Of a stretch of 64,000 bases of DNA, positions 1-9,937 are shown piece by piece. The notes under the pieces were generated by a model. The model was not told the origin of the DNA and made no database searches. It saw nothing but the letters and a program-made list of their open reading frames with translations. Position numbers and translations under genes: made by a program. The stretch's first letter is position 1; each line of letters opens with the position of its first letter. This stretch comes from Eubacteriales bacterium (GTDB lineage: Bacteria > Bacillota > Clostridia > Oscillospirales > CAG-382): contig JAZNWF010000035.1 in the NCBI GenBank assembly GCA_045593165.1, positions 10,078-74,077 on the forward strand, read 5' to 3'.

Positions 1-1653
1 CCGCTTTTCCAATACACCGATTGCCAGAACAGCGGCGAAACAAGCAATAAAATTTCTTCTTTTTATTCCGGAAAGGAAATTGGACCCGAATGGGACAGCG
101 GCAAAACCTGGAATCGAGAGCACGTTTGGCCCAACAGTAAAGGCGACCTTTCAGGCAACGGAGAAAACGATATTATGATGCTTCGCCCTACTGCAACAAG
201 CGAAAACGGAAGCAGAGGAAACAAAGCCTACGGCACTTCGTCATCTTATTATAATCCCAACAGTGAAAGCAACGGAAAACACGACCTGCGCGGCGACGTT
301 AGCCGTATAATACTGTACCAATACGTCCGTTGGGGCTGTATAAATACAGGTTCGAAATATAACCCTAACGATATTTTCGGCACGAAGGGCGTTATAGAAA
401 GTCTTGATATTTTGCTTTTGTGGATGGAGAAAGACCCCGTTGACACGTGGGAGCTCGGCAGAAACGATTCGGTCGAATCGATAACCGGCACCCGTAACGT
501 ATTCGTAGACTATCCCGAGCTTGCATTTGCTTTGTTTAACGAGCAGGTGCCCGATGAATACCAAACTCCTTCGGGAAGCGCCCTGAACAGCGGATATACC
601 GTTACCGCAAAGGCAAGCAACGATTCCTACGGAAGCGTTGAGGTAAAAGGAAACGTTATTATCGCCACCCCTTCCGCGGGATATATGATTTCGGGCTACA
701 AGGTTGTAAACGGCAAAGCAACCGTCACCAAAAAAGACAACACCTTCACCGTCAAATCGGATTCCGACGTAACGGTTGAAATTACTTTTGAAAAAGCACC
801 GCTCGTCACCTTAAGATTCAGCGAAAACGGAAGTGAAGCGGTTGCCGAAAGCTGTTACAAGGGTCAGACGATAACTCTCCCCAAGCATTCGGGAAACGTT
901 TACAGCGGATATTTGTTCCTTGGCTGGTCGGAGCAGGATGTACGCGAAGGCGATGATGCTCCTCAGTATTACAAAGCGGGAAGCTATTATACGGCAACCG
1001 AAGATGTTACCCTCAAAGCACTTTACGCTTATCAGAAGGACCACGGTCCGACAGTTTATTTTACCTCTTACGATAGCGGATGCAAGCATTCCGATGCATA
1101 CAGCACGGAAAAGACAGCGCCCACCTGCACCGAGGCAGGTCGTGAATCGGGCGAATTCTGCCCCACCTGCAACGCTTACGTAAGCGGCGGTAAAACGATC
1201 GATGCAACCGGGCACACCTATTCAAACGAATGCGACACGGTGTGCGACGTCTGCGGCGAGGATAACGACAACAAAATCAAGCACGATTTCAACAGCGACG
1301 GAATATGTAACGAATGCGGCGCAAGTCAATCCGAAGCAAGCAACGATGAAAGCGACACTTCAGAAAACGATACTTCCGAAAATGATACTTCCGAAAACGA
1401 TACTTCGGAAAGCGTTTCCTACGAAGATCCCGATGAATCCGAGAAAAGCGAATCGGTTGACAATTCATTCGGCTCGAGCCAAGATGAATCGATCGATATC
1501 CCGAACGATAGCTCGGCTGTAACAAGCGAAGCGACCGCAGATGATTCGGATTCCGAAACAAATTGGTGGATAATTGCGATAATAGCAGGCGGAATATTGA
1601 TTGCCGCAGTTATTATAGTAGTTAAATCAAAAAACAAAGCTAAATCGAAATAA
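1..1653 (+). CDS. Membrane-anchored extracellular endonuclease I (EndA/Bsn-like) with B-repeat-like and Cys/His modules; 5' end lies outside the window
   Basis: Frame is open from base 1 (PLFQYTDCQ...WNREHVWPNSKG), upstream of the listed ATG at 175. It continues with the endonuclease I motifs NGSRGNK, RGDVSRIILY, W..DPVD.WE..RN and RNVFVDYPE, then an acidic linker, a C-terminal TM helix and a basic tail. Confidence 0.85.
   Translation, partial: PLFQYTDCQNSGETSNKISSFYSGKEIGPEWDSGKTWNREHVWPNSKGDLSGNGENDIMMLRPTATSENGSRGNKAYGTSSSYYNPNSESNGKHDLRGDVSRIILYQYVRWGCINTGSKYNPNDIFGTKGVIESLDILLLWMEKDPVDTWELGRNDSVESITGTRNVFVDYPELAFALFNEQVPDEYQTPSGSALNSGYTVTAKASNDSYGSVEVKGNVIIATPSAGYMISGYKVVNGKATVTKKDNTFTVKSDSDVTVEITFEKAPLVTLRFSENGSEAVAESCYKGQTITLPKHSGNVYSGYLFLGWSEQDVREGDDAPQYYKAGSYYTATEDVTLKALYAYQKDHGPTVYFTSYDSGCKHSDAYSTEKTAPTCTEAGRESGEFCPTCNAYVSGGKTIDATGHTYSNECDTVCDVCGEDNDNKIKHDFNSDGICNECGASQSEASNDESDTSENDTSENDTSENDTSESVSYEDPDESEKSESVDNSFGSSQDESIDIPNDSSAVTSEATADDSDSETNWWIIAIIAGGILIAAVIIVVKSKNKAKSK
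1354..1411 (+). repeat. 15-bp coding tandem repeat (DTSEN x~4) in an acidic linker
   Basis: gacacttcagaaaac gatacttccgaaaat gatacttccgaaaac gatacttcggaaa. Confidence 0.85.
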
Positions 1654-1680
1654 ACGAAGCACGAAATAATAATTAATATT

Positions 1681-1715
1681 AAAAACTGCACTTCAAAACC
1701 GAAGTGCAGTTTTTT
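1681..1715 (+). terminator. Intrinsic terminator of the endonuclease gene
   Basis: aaaaactgcacttc-aaaacc-gaagtgcagtttttt. Confidence 0.8.
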
Positions 1716-1732
1716 GTTGCAGATATAAAAGG

Positions 1733-1763
1733 TGTGGCACACTTCGTTCGGAAGTGTGCCACA
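1733..1763 (-). terminator. Intrinsic terminator of the minus-strand operon
   Basis: tgtggcacacttc-gttcg-gaagtgtgccaca, followed by a T-rich tract on the minus strand. Confidence 0.75.
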
Positions 1764-1780
1764 ATAAACTATTGATTTAA

Positions 1781-4252
1781 TTATGCGCGGCTTCTGCCCT
1801 TAACGATGAATACAACTGCTGCTGCGGATACTGCCATGATAATAACCATTACCATAACGTTGGTTGCATCGCCGGGTTCGATAGGCTCGGGCACAGAGGT
1901 ATCGGATTCATCACCGCCGCCAAGATCGGGTTCTGCAGGAGTGTGCGAAACGATCCAAGCGTTCTTAACCTGTGCGTTGCCGTTGTACTGACCGATAACG
2001 CCGTAAACGGTTACGGTATCGCCTGCAACGGGCTTAACCTCCATAGCGTCGTAACGGTTTTCGCCGTCTGCGCTGTAGGTGCCGTAAACGGTGATAACGT
2101 TGCCGTCTTCATCGGTGAGGTACATATTACCGTACATATCGTTGTAAACCTCGGTAATAACGCCGGTTACGTAGTATTTGTTTTCGGTATAAGCGTTGTG
2201 AGTCTTGGATTCGCCAAGCGCGATAGCATCTTCGATGGAGAGGGTGCTGTCTGCTTCGGGATCTTCAACAACGGGATCGTCTTCGTGATCGCCTACGATG
2301 ATGTTGGTGATCCAAGCGTTCTTGAGCTGTGCATTACCGTTGTACTGACCAACTACGCCGTAAACGGTTACGGTATCGCCTGCGATAGGCTGAAGTTCCA
2401 TAGCGTCGTAACGAAGCTCGCCGTCTGCGCTGTAGGTACCGTAAATCGTGATAGTGTTGCCGTTTTCGTCGGTGATGTACATATTACCGTACTGGGTGTT
2501 GTATACGGAGGTAATAACACCGGTTACGTAGTATTTTTCTTCGGTGTAGGTGTTGTGTTCCTTGGAGGTGCCGAGTGCGATAGCTTCCTCGATGGTGAGA
2601 GTATCATCCGCATCATCTTCGCCGCCTTCATTTGCGGTAGCGGTAAGGAAAATATCAACTGCGTATTTAACATCGGAGCAGTTAGCAGAATATTCTTCGC
2701 CAACAAATTCGCCGCTGGGGCAAACGAAGGTTACGTTGCAAATGTCGCCAATGGTATAGCCGTCTGCAGCGTTGAATCTGACGTACATATCGTACACTAC
2801 GCCTGCTTCAAAAACGGTGTTCAGATCCAATTCAGCAAAGGTAGTGCCATCATACCAGATAACTACGTATTCAGCAATAGCCTCGATTGCGAGGTCGGTG
2901 CTGCCGTTAACGCTGTAAAGAGTTGCGGTGAAGGTCTGGTTGCCTTCTACGATAGCAACGTCAGCGCGCAATTCAACAGAAGAAATAACTGTATCAACAG
3001 GATCGTCAACGTCGGGTTCTTCGGGATCTGTAACAGCAGGAACGTGCTCGGTGATCCAAGCATTCTTGAGCTGTGCGGTGCCGTTGTACTGACCAATGAT
3101 ACCGTAAACGGTTACGGTGTCGCCTGCAACGGGCTTAACTTCCATAGCGTCGTAACGGGTAGAACCGTCTGCGCTGTAGGTGCCGTAAACAGTGATGATG
3201 TTGCCGTCCGCATCGGTAATCTTCATGTTACCGTACTGAGTATTGTAAACCTCGGTAATAACGCCGCTTACATAATACTTGTTCGCGGTATAGGTATTGT
3301 GTTCCTTGGATGCACCAAGTGCGAGAGCGTCTGCGATAGAAAGAACGCTGTCTGCTTCGGGATCGTTGTTTTCGGGTACTTCGGGTTCTTCGGGTTCGGT
3401 CGAGGGGATATGCTCGGTGATCCAAGCGTTCTTGAGCTGTGCTGTGCCGTTGTACTGACCGATGATACCGTAAACGGTTACGGTGTCGCCTGCAACGGGC
3501 TTAACCTCCATAGCGTCGTAACGGGTAGAGCCGTCTGCGCTGTAGGTGCCGTAAACGGTGATGATGTTGCCGTCTGCGTCGGTGATCTTCATATTACCGT
3601 ACTGAGTGTTGTAAACCTCGGTAATAACGCCGCTTACATAGTACTTGTTCGAGGTATAGGTGTTGTGTTCCTTGGATGCGCCGAGTGCGATAGCGTCTGC
3701 GATAGAAAGAACGCTGTCTGCTTCGGGATCGTTGTTTTCGGGTACTTCGGGCTCTTCGGGATCAACAGGAGCGGAAGAAGACGAAGTGTAAATTGTCATA
3801 GATGCTGCACGAGCCTGTGCGGTGGTGGTAAGAGAGAAGGAATCAACTGCTTCTGCAAAAACGATAGTTACAACCTTGCCGTCGATGGTTGCGGTTGCAT
3901 TCGAATCTTTGCAGGAATCTACCCAAGGGGTGATGTATTTATCCTGACTGCCGGTAGCATCGATAACGATCTTTGTCATTCCGGGATAGGAAATGGTAAC
4001 ATCAGAGCTCTTGTAAAAGCGACCGGGGTTTGCATAATCGCCTACGTTGCTGGTAGAAGCGCCCTTGTTGTTGGTAACGGTGATACCGTTCTGTTCCCAC
4101 ACCTGCTGTTCGGTGGAATAGGTGGTACGGTTTGCTTTATCAGCAAACGAAATTGTAGCCGTAGTTTCTGCGGATACGATAACTGCAAGCATCGATGCAA
4201 GCAGGCATACGCAAAATACCAATGAAGCTACTCTTTTGAGTTGGGTTTTCAT
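1781..4252 (-). CDS. Secreted, C-terminally anchored protein with four OB-fold (YhcR-like) repeats; putative nucleic-acid-binding surface protein
   Basis: Signal peptide; four copies of (S/T)I..A(I/L)A...YYV(S/T)GVIT.VYN..YGNM..TD..GN.IT(V/I)YG...GDTVTVYG..GQYNG.AQ.KNAWI; C-terminal EPGD + TM helix + KGRSRA, resembling a sorting signal. Confidence 0.75.
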   Translation of the reverse strand: MKTQLKRVASLVFCVCLLASMLAVIVSAETTATISFADKANRTTYSTEQQVWEQNGITVTNNKGASTSNVGDYANPGRFYKSSDVTISYPGMTKIVIDATGSQDKYITPWVDSCKDSNATATIDGKVVTIVFAEAVDSFSLTTTAQARAASMTIYTSSSSAPVDPEEPEVPENNDPEADSVLSIADAIALGASKEHNTYTSNKYYVSGVITEVYNTQYGNMKITDADGNIITVYGTYSADGSTRYDAMEVKPVAGDTVTVYGIIGQYNGTAQLKNAWITEHIPSTEPEEPEVPENNDPEADSVLSIADALALGASKEHNTYTANKYYVSGVITEVYNTQYGNMKITDADGNIITVYGTYSADGSTRYDAMEVKPVAGDTVTVYGIIGQYNGTAQLKNAWITEHVPAVTDPEEPDVDDPVDTVISSVELRADVAIVEGNQTFTATLYSVNGSTDLAIEAIAEYVVIWYDGTTFAELDLNTVFEAGVVYDMYVRFNAADGYTIGDICNVTFVCPSGEFVGEEYSANCSDVKYAVDIFLTATANEGGEDDADDTLTIEEAIALGTSKEHNTYTEEKYYVTGVITSVYNTQYGNMYITDENGNTITIYGTYSADGELRYDAMELQPIAGDTVTVYGVVGQYNGNAQLKNAWITNIIVGDHEDDPVVEDPEADSTLSIEDAIALGESKTHNAYTENKYYVTGVITEVYNDMYGNMYLTDEDGNVITVYGTYSADGENRYDAMEVKPVAGDTVTVYGVIGQYNGNAQVKNAWIVSHTPAEPDLGGGDESDTSVPEPIEPGDATNVMVMVIIMAVSAAAVVFIVKGRSRA
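3045..3760. repeat. Near-identical 366-bp intragenic tandem duplication (OB repeats 1 and 2)
   Basis: tgctcggtgatccaagc starts at 3045 and at 3411; the two ~122-aa units differ at only a few residues. Confidence 0.85.
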
Positions 4253-4273
4253 GGCGTGTTACTCCTTTTTTGA

Positions 4274-6109
4274 TTATTTTACAAAAGTACAACCTGAATC
4301 AAATTCTACCTCGCAGTCGCCCGAGCTGTGCTGGTAGTTCTTAATAGTACCGCTGACTGTGATAACGTCGCCTACCTTAAGAGCAGCGGCGCCTTCACCC
4401 TTCATACGGAAGCATTTAATAGGCTGATCTTCGCAGCCTTCGATTTCGATAATTACGGTAATGTTGCCGTACTGTTCGCTGTACGGAGTATCGATTTCGA
4501 TTATTTTACCGGTAAGAGTTGCTCTATAGGGAAGAGCTTCACCGGGAGCGAGCTCGAATGCCGCCTTTACGATTTCCTTGGGGTCGGAGGGTGCGGTAAC
4601 TACCGTGCCGCCGCCGGAAACACGCTTACGCATCGTGCAGCCTGCGCCCATTTCGACAGTGCCGTTATAGTTGATGATTCTGCCGGTAACGGTGATGGTG
4701 TCACCCTTGACCAAAAGCTCTACGTCGGTACCCTTCATACGATAAAGAAGAAGTTCCTTATCCGAGCCCTCTACGTCGATAATTACGCTGATGTTCTTAT
4801 AACCGGGATCGTAAGGTGTGGTTACCATAGTGACTACGCCCGTAAGAGTTACATCATATTCCATGGTGCCGTTCTCTTCGAGAGCGTAAGCGAAGTCCAT
4901 GATCTGTGCAGGGTCGGTAAGCTGAGTCGTAGGAGTTCCGCCGCCTGCTATACGATTTTCCAGCTTACAGCCGAAATCGAATTCAATTTCGCCGAAATAG
5001 TTCTTGATAGTACCTGTAACGGTAATCGTATCGCCCTTTGCGATTCTGTCGACGTCATCGCCGGTAAGACGGTAGCACTTGATGGGCTTTTTATCTCTGC
5101 CATCAACCACGATGGTAACGGTGATATTGCCAAACTCTTCATCGTACGCGTTGTCGATTACGGTTACTTTACCGGTAAGAGTTGCAATGTAAGGAAGCTT
5201 TTCGTCCTCTTCCAGCTCATACGCTTCATCAACGATTTCTTTTTGGGTCTTATCGGTGGTCGGAGTATCGGTGGGATCGTCCGAGGTTTCTGTATCGGAT
5301 TCATCGCCCGAAACGTCGGATTCATCACCCGAAACGTTGGATTCGTCACCGGATTCGTCGCCGGAGGATTCACCGCCTGCGCTTACAAGCTTATTAAGAG
5401 TTGCGCCTGCGTCGTATTCGATAGTGCCCTTGTAGTTGGTAAGCATACCGGTTACGGTAATGGTGTCGCCAACTGCGATTTTCTGAACGTCGTTACCGGT
5501 AAGGCGGTAGCATTTAATAGGCTTGTCATTGAAGTTTTCAACCACCATAGTAACGGTGATATTTTTATACTGCTCGCTGTACTCGGTATCGATCGAGGTA
5601 ACGACACCGGTGAGAGTATACGCCTGATCAAGCGAAGCTCCCTCTTCAAGAGCATACGCCATATTGATTATTTCCTCGGCGCTGGGACCGCTCGAAATGT
5701 TAAGACCTTCTACCACATATTTAAAGGAAGCGGTCACCTGACCCTTTTCATCCTTAATGGTAGCGGTTGCGGTAAAATAGATATCCTCGTCGGGAAGATC
5801 GGGAATATCGATCTTTACGTGGTTTGCGGTTTCGGAGGAAACGACCTTAACCGAGTCTGCTTCTCCTTCGGTAACCTTTACAGACCATTGGATCTGATAG
5901 CTGACGCCATCGATTGCAACTACGGATAAAACGTCCTTATCCATAAGCATGACCATAGCTTCATCCTTGTTGCCGGTCTGATACATATTGACAATATACG
6001 CCTTTGCGTTTTCAAGGTCGCTGCCCGATTCTTCGGTTTCGTCAGTACAGCCGACGAAGGCGCAAAGAAGCATCAGCAAACACAAGGAAAGAGAAATAAG
6101 CTTTTTCAC
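4274..6109 (-). CDS. Lipoprotein with four OB-fold repeats
   Basis: GTG start, lipobox FVG-C; four copies of A(Y/F).L......TLTG....(D/T)..Y....NI(T/S)V.......(C/L)(Y/F)R(L/M).G......GD.ITV(T/S)G...NY; SGDES low-complexity linker. Confidence 0.75.
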   Translation of the reverse strand: MKKLISLSLCLLMLLCAFVGCTDETEESGSDLENAKAYIVNMYQTGNKDEAMVMLMDKDVLSVVAIDGVSYQIQWSVKVTEGEADSVKVVSSETANHVKIDIPDLPDEDIYFTATATIKDEKGQVTASFKYVVEGLNISSGPSAEEIINMAYALEEGASLDQAYTLTGVVTSIDTEYSEQYKNITVTMVVENFNDKPIKCYRLTGNDVQKIAVGDTITVTGMLTNYKGTIEYDAGATLNKLVSAGGESSGDESGDESNVSGDESDVSGDESDTETSDDPTDTPTTDKTQKEIVDEAYELEEDEKLPYIATLTGKVTVIDNAYDEEFGNITVTIVVDGRDKKPIKCYRLTGDDVDRIAKGDTITVTGTIKNYFGEIEFDFGCKLENRIAGGGTPTTQLTDPAQIMDFAYALEENGTMEYDVTLTGVVTMVTTPYDPGYKNISVIIDVEGSDKELLLYRMKGTDVELLVKGDTITVTGRIINYNGTVEMGAGCTMRKRVSGGGTVVTAPSDPKEIVKAAFELAPGEALPYRATLTGKIIEIDTPYSEQYGNITVIIEIEGCEDQPIKCFRMKGEGAAALKVGDVITVSGTIKNYQHSSGDCEVEFDSGCTFVK

Positions 6110-6209
6110 GGTTTTATTCCTTTCTTTATTTAAAATATATACGAATATTTTGACGATGCAGTAACGAAAATCGGCTATTAAAAAGCTGATTTAAGCTTTA
6201 ATGCTTCGA

Positions 6210-7562
6210 CTAATATACAGTAATATCCTTTGCGGTAAACACCTTTATCTGATATTCGCCGCTGAAATAATCTACGATGCCCGTAACGTCGATAGTTTTA
6301 TCGAGGAAATCGGATTCTATCAACATTTCACCGTTTTCATTATAAAGAACGATAGTGCGCACGTCTACGGTATAGCCGTCAACCTCGCAGGTAAGTGTCA
6401 TCGCGCCGTCGGAATCTCCGCCGTTGTGAGTAGTATATACGTCAACGACCTTGAGGTTTTTCATGCTTATCGAGGTGCTTAATGCAAGAAATGCGTAATC
6501 AAAGGTCTTGCTTACGGTTTCCTCGCTGTCGATTGCGGAAAGCACTTCGACATCGACCTTGCCGTTTACGAGCTTTTCGGCAGAGGTTTCGAGGTTTGCC
6601 GCCGAATGTCCGTCACTCAGCTTGATCGTGTTCCCCGGATCCTCGGGCTTGAATTCGCGGTAGGAAAGGCCCGACACCTGCCAGGTTCCGCCGGTTTCAT
6701 AATAGGTAACAGTACCAACCACGCGAACCATATTACCAACCGAGAGAATATTGAGCAGCTCGCCCGTTTCGTATCCGTAATAAACCGAAACACCGTAATA
6801 CATATCGGTTGCGGCGTCGTAGCTTTCTACGTATACGGAGTTATTGTTGTTGCGGGTTACCACTCCTTCGAAAGCAACCTTTGTGTTTTCATAGAGCTCG
6901 ATATTGGTACGAAGTCCCTTAAGGTCGATCTCATACGCATCGCCGTAATAGAAATCCGGATCCTTTTCGCCCGAGAAAACGTGAAGCTTCTGTGCCTTTG
7001 CCTGCTGGAACGCCTTGGATGCCTGCTCGCCGTAAAGGTCGGCGGTAGTGCCGCAGGAGATAGACAAGCCGTTCTGGATAAGCTCGAGGTTGAGGCAACG
7101 GTAATCGTCACTGCCCGCAGGCTTATACCAAACCCAAACAAGATGTCTGCCGCCGGTCGAATCGACGTTCCAATTCGCATTGTCGGATTCTACAATAATA
7201 GAAGTAGCAGAAAGCAGCTTTTCCTTGGTAAAGGAGGATGCTTTTTTGCCCCATTCTTCGATCTTGCCGGTAGATTCGGGAGTATTTACGCCCATATAGC
7301 GCGCTTTAAGAATTCCATCGGGACTAATCGAGGTAGGAACGAAAAAGTGAGTGGTGTCACCGTCGATATAGCTTTTTACGGTAACCTCCTGCTTTGCCGT
7401 GCCCGATTGTAAATTAAGCTTGGTACCCGAAACGTAATCGACGATCACCAACGAGGTTTCGGAGGATTCGTTTTCGCCGCCTTGGCAACCTGCAAAGCAG
7501 GTCACCAGAAGGCAGACGATGATAAATAACGGTAAAAATCTTTTAATGCTATTCATACTCAT
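6210..7562 (-). CDS. Thermonuclease (staphylococcal nuclease family) lipoprotein with C-terminal OB-fold domains
   Basis: Lipobox FAG-C; SNase motifs IDGDT, RYMGVNTPE, GRHLVWV and LNLELIQNGL; ATG at 7562 overlaps the upstream stop (TGATG), alternative ATG at 7556. Confidence 0.85.
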   Translation of the reverse strand: MSMNSIKRFLPLFIIVCLLVTCFAGCQGGENESSETSLVIVDYVSGTKLNLQSGTAKQEVTVKSYIDGDTTHFFVPTSISPDGILKARYMGVNTPESTGKIEEWGKKASSFTKEKLLSATSIIVESDNANWNVDSTGGRHLVWVWYKPAGSDDYRCLNLELIQNGLSISCGTTADLYGEQASKAFQQAKAQKLHVFSGEKDPDFYYGDAYEIDLKGLRTNIELYENTKVAFEGVVTRNNNNSVYVESYDAATDMYYGVSVYYGYETGELLNILSVGNMVRVVGTVTYYETGGTWQVSGLSYREFKPEDPGNTIKLSDGHSAANLETSAEKLVNGKVDVEVLSAIDSEETVSKTFDYAFLALSTSISMKNLKVVDVYTTHNGGDSDGAMTLTCEVDGYTVDVRTIVLYNENGEMLIESDFLDKTIDVTGIVDYFSGEYQIKVFTAKDITVY

Positions 7563-8983
7563 CAATATTCACATTCGTCGATAGCATCTTGGAATGCAGT
7601 ATTTATAAGCTCGTTAACGGCAGCATCGCCGGATGCATCACCGCTTAAGCATTTAAGCATCAATGCTCCGACCTGAGTACGAGCGGTGGAGGAGCCGTTA
7701 AATGCGGGAGATACGAAATAATTGTCACGTCCGTCGATACCTATCTGAACGCACTTTGCAACGAGGTATTCGTATCCGTTGCCCTTTGCGAGCCATGCCG
7801 CATAGTTTTCGTTCTTGGTAACCGACTTGAGAACAGGCATATAACCGGATGCCATAGAGAATTCAGCCTGGAAATCAATGTTGGTGCAAAGGAACTTAAC
7901 GAAGAGCCAGGATGCAAGTATCTGCTGATCGGTGGTGTTTGCACCGCGAAGTATGCAAAGGCTGGGGCCCTGAGAAATAACCTTTTTGTTATTTTTATCA
8001 TACTGAGGAATAGGTGCAACGCCTACCTCGAAAGCAAACGAGCCGTCCGCAGTGTCGTTATTGGACATCTGGTAGGAAGCACCGCCCGAGGAGCCTACGC
8101 ACATATAGCAGCGAGTATCGGTGGTTTCAACAAAGAGGTTGGAGGTATAGCTGCCGTAAAGCTCCTGAGTGGTGAAATAGCCCTTCTGATAATATTCACG
8201 AAGCTCCTTGACAAAAGCCTTGTTGGTATCGTTGTTGAAGAGATATTTGCCGCCGTTTTCAGCGCTGGTGTAGCCGGACTTCATCTGTTCGCACAGAGTG
8301 ATGAACCAGTTATCCTCGGCGTCATAACCGAGAGGATAGCAATCGGGATCGATTTTAAGAATCTTTTCACAGGTTTCCCAAAGCTCGTCCCAAGTGGTGG
8401 GAACCTTGAGGTCGTGCTTTTCAAAGAAGGTCTTATCGTAATAAAGAACCTCGGTAGACTTGTTAAGCGGCATGGTATACATCATACCGTCGCCGTATGC
8501 AAGACCCTCGTTATAATAGCTTTCAATAAAGTCGGACTTCTGTTCTGCAGTAAGACCGAGAACCTCATTGGTGCCGGGGATAACGATTTCACTTGCAATA
8601 AGGTTATCAAGCGTTACGACCGACTTTGCGATGTTATACATAGCAACGTGGTCGGGATAACAGTACGCGATGTTGGGCTGATTGTTGCCGGCGATCTCGG
8701 TATTGATCTGACCGTTGATATCGCTCCAGCCGCCTGCGGACTGATGGGTAATGTGAATGTTGGGATAGATCTTGTTAAACTCTTCTATGTAGGTATTGAG
8801 TACCTCCTGAAGCTTCGCACCCATAGTGTGAGTAAAGGTAATTTCTACCTCTTCATCGGGATTGAATCCTGCTTCGGGAACAGCAAACGCGTTATTGGTA
8901 TTGCTTGCGGTACAACCGGTCATAATGAATGCCGCAAATGCCATAGCGAGAGCCAACAGGATGGCTATGATTCTTTTTTGCAT
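7562..8983 (-). CDS. ABC transporter substrate-binding lipoprotein (CUT1/UgpB-like)
   Basis: Lipobox MTG-C; YIEEFNKIYPNI, MPLNKSTEVLYY, VPTTWDEL, QGPSLC, SGYMPV. Confidence 0.9.
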   Translation of the reverse strand: MQKRIIAILLALAMAFAAFIMTGCTASNTNNAFAVPEAGFNPDEEVEITFTHTMGAKLQEVLNTYIEEFNKIYPNIHITHQSAGGWSDINGQINTEIAGNNQPNIAYCYPDHVAMYNIAKSVVTLDNLIASEIVIPGTNEVLGLTAEQKSDFIESYYNEGLAYGDGMMYTMPLNKSTEVLYYDKTFFEKHDLKVPTTWDELWETCEKILKIDPDCYPLGYDAEDNWFITLCEQMKSGYTSAENGGKYLFNNDTNKAFVKELREYYQKGYFTTQELYGSYTSNLFVETTDTRCYMCVGSSGGASYQMSNNDTADGSFAFEVGVAPIPQYDKNNKKVISQGPSLCILRGANTTDQQILASWLFVKFLCTNIDFQAEFSMASGYMPVLKSVTKNENYAAWLAKGNGYEYLVAKCVQIGIDGRDNYFVSPAFNGSSTARTQVGALMLKCLSGDASGDAAVNELINTAFQDAIDECEY

Positions 8984-9031
8984 AGCGTTTTGATCCTTTC
9001 GGTTTTTTATTTTTATTTTATTTTTTACTTA

Positions 9032-9934
9032 TTAACCCTTTATGCCGCTTCGGCTGACGCCCGACATAATGTATTTACGCAAGCAGAGGAACACGAGGAA
9101 CAGAGGAGCGGAAACGATCGCAACCGCCGCCATCTGAACGGGGTAATTCGCCTGACCCGACGTATCGGTAAAGGCGTTACGCAAGCCGTTCGTGATCATC
9201 TGGTGTGCATCGTCGTTTGCGACGAGTTTGGGCCAGATATACGAGTTCCACGCGCCCATCATCTTTAATATCGTAACCGAAATAAGAGTCGGAAGCGCAA
9301 GCGGTATCATAACCTTCCAAAGATATTTCAGATCCGACGTGCCGTCGACCTTGGCGGCAAGATAGAGCTCGTTGGGAATCTGCATAAAGTTCTGACGCAG
9401 GAGATAGACATAAAATATACTTACCAAAAACGGGACTATAAGTGCAGTAAAGGTGTGCATCCAGCCCAATCTGTTGATGGTAATATAGTTCGTAATGGTG
9501 AAAAGCTCACCGGGAATCATCATGGTTGCAAGCAACGCGCCGAACAGGGTTTCCTTTCCCTTGAATTCAAGACGCGCAAACGCAAAGGCGGAAAGCACCG
9601 TGATAACAAGGCTCAATATAGTCGAAACAAGACCTACGTAAAGGGTATTGAGGAACAAATCACCCAAATTCGCGGTGGTGAACGCTTCGGCATAGTTGGA
9701 AAACATCATCTGACGAGGCCAGAAGGTAGGCACTGCCTGACGGTATTCCGAAAGAGTTTTTAACGACGAAATGATCATCCAATAAAACGGAAACAGAACT
9801 GCCAACGCCATAGCGAGCAAAAAGATATACGTAAGCGTTTTAGAGATGATTTTTCTGACAGTCTGAGAAGCAGAGGTTTTTTGAATGTCCCGTTCATGCA
9901 TAACGGCAATATTATTCTTAGACATAAGCGGCAC
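9032..9934 (-). CDS. ABC transporter permease (MalG/UgpE-like)
   Basis: LFPFYWMIISSLK; EAA loop IPNELYLAAKVDG; WNSYIWP. Confidence 0.92.
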   Translation of the reverse strand: MPLMSKNNIAVMHERDIQKTSASQTVRKIISKTLTYIFLLAMALAVLFPFYWMIISSLKTLSEYRQAVPTFWPRQMMFSNYAEAFTTANLGDLFLNTLYVGLVSTILSLVITVLSAFAFARLEFKGKETLFGALLATMMIPGELFTITNYITINRLGWMHTFTALIVPFLVSIFYVYLLRQNFMQIPNELYLAAKVDGTSDLKYLWKVMIPLALPTLISVTILKMMGAWNSYIWPKLVANDDAHQMITNGLRNAFTDTSGQANYPVQMAAVAIVSAPLFLVFLCLRKYIMSGVSRSGIKG

Positions 9935-9937
9935 CTC

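Noticed and set aside
5280-5375. SGDES/21-bp repeats (and DTSEN at 1354-1411, PTDP/PVDP near 38900) as functional DNA repeats
   Set aside because: They are in-frame low-complexity linkers typical of surface proteins.
1943-5929. Long plus-strand ORFs (760 aa and 533 aa) antisense to the OB-repeat genes
   Set aside because: They mirror the real genes, have no recognisable motifs or signals, and are expected from codon bias. The same applies to other antisense ORFs such as 29373-30590, 37364-38914 and 48004-49224.
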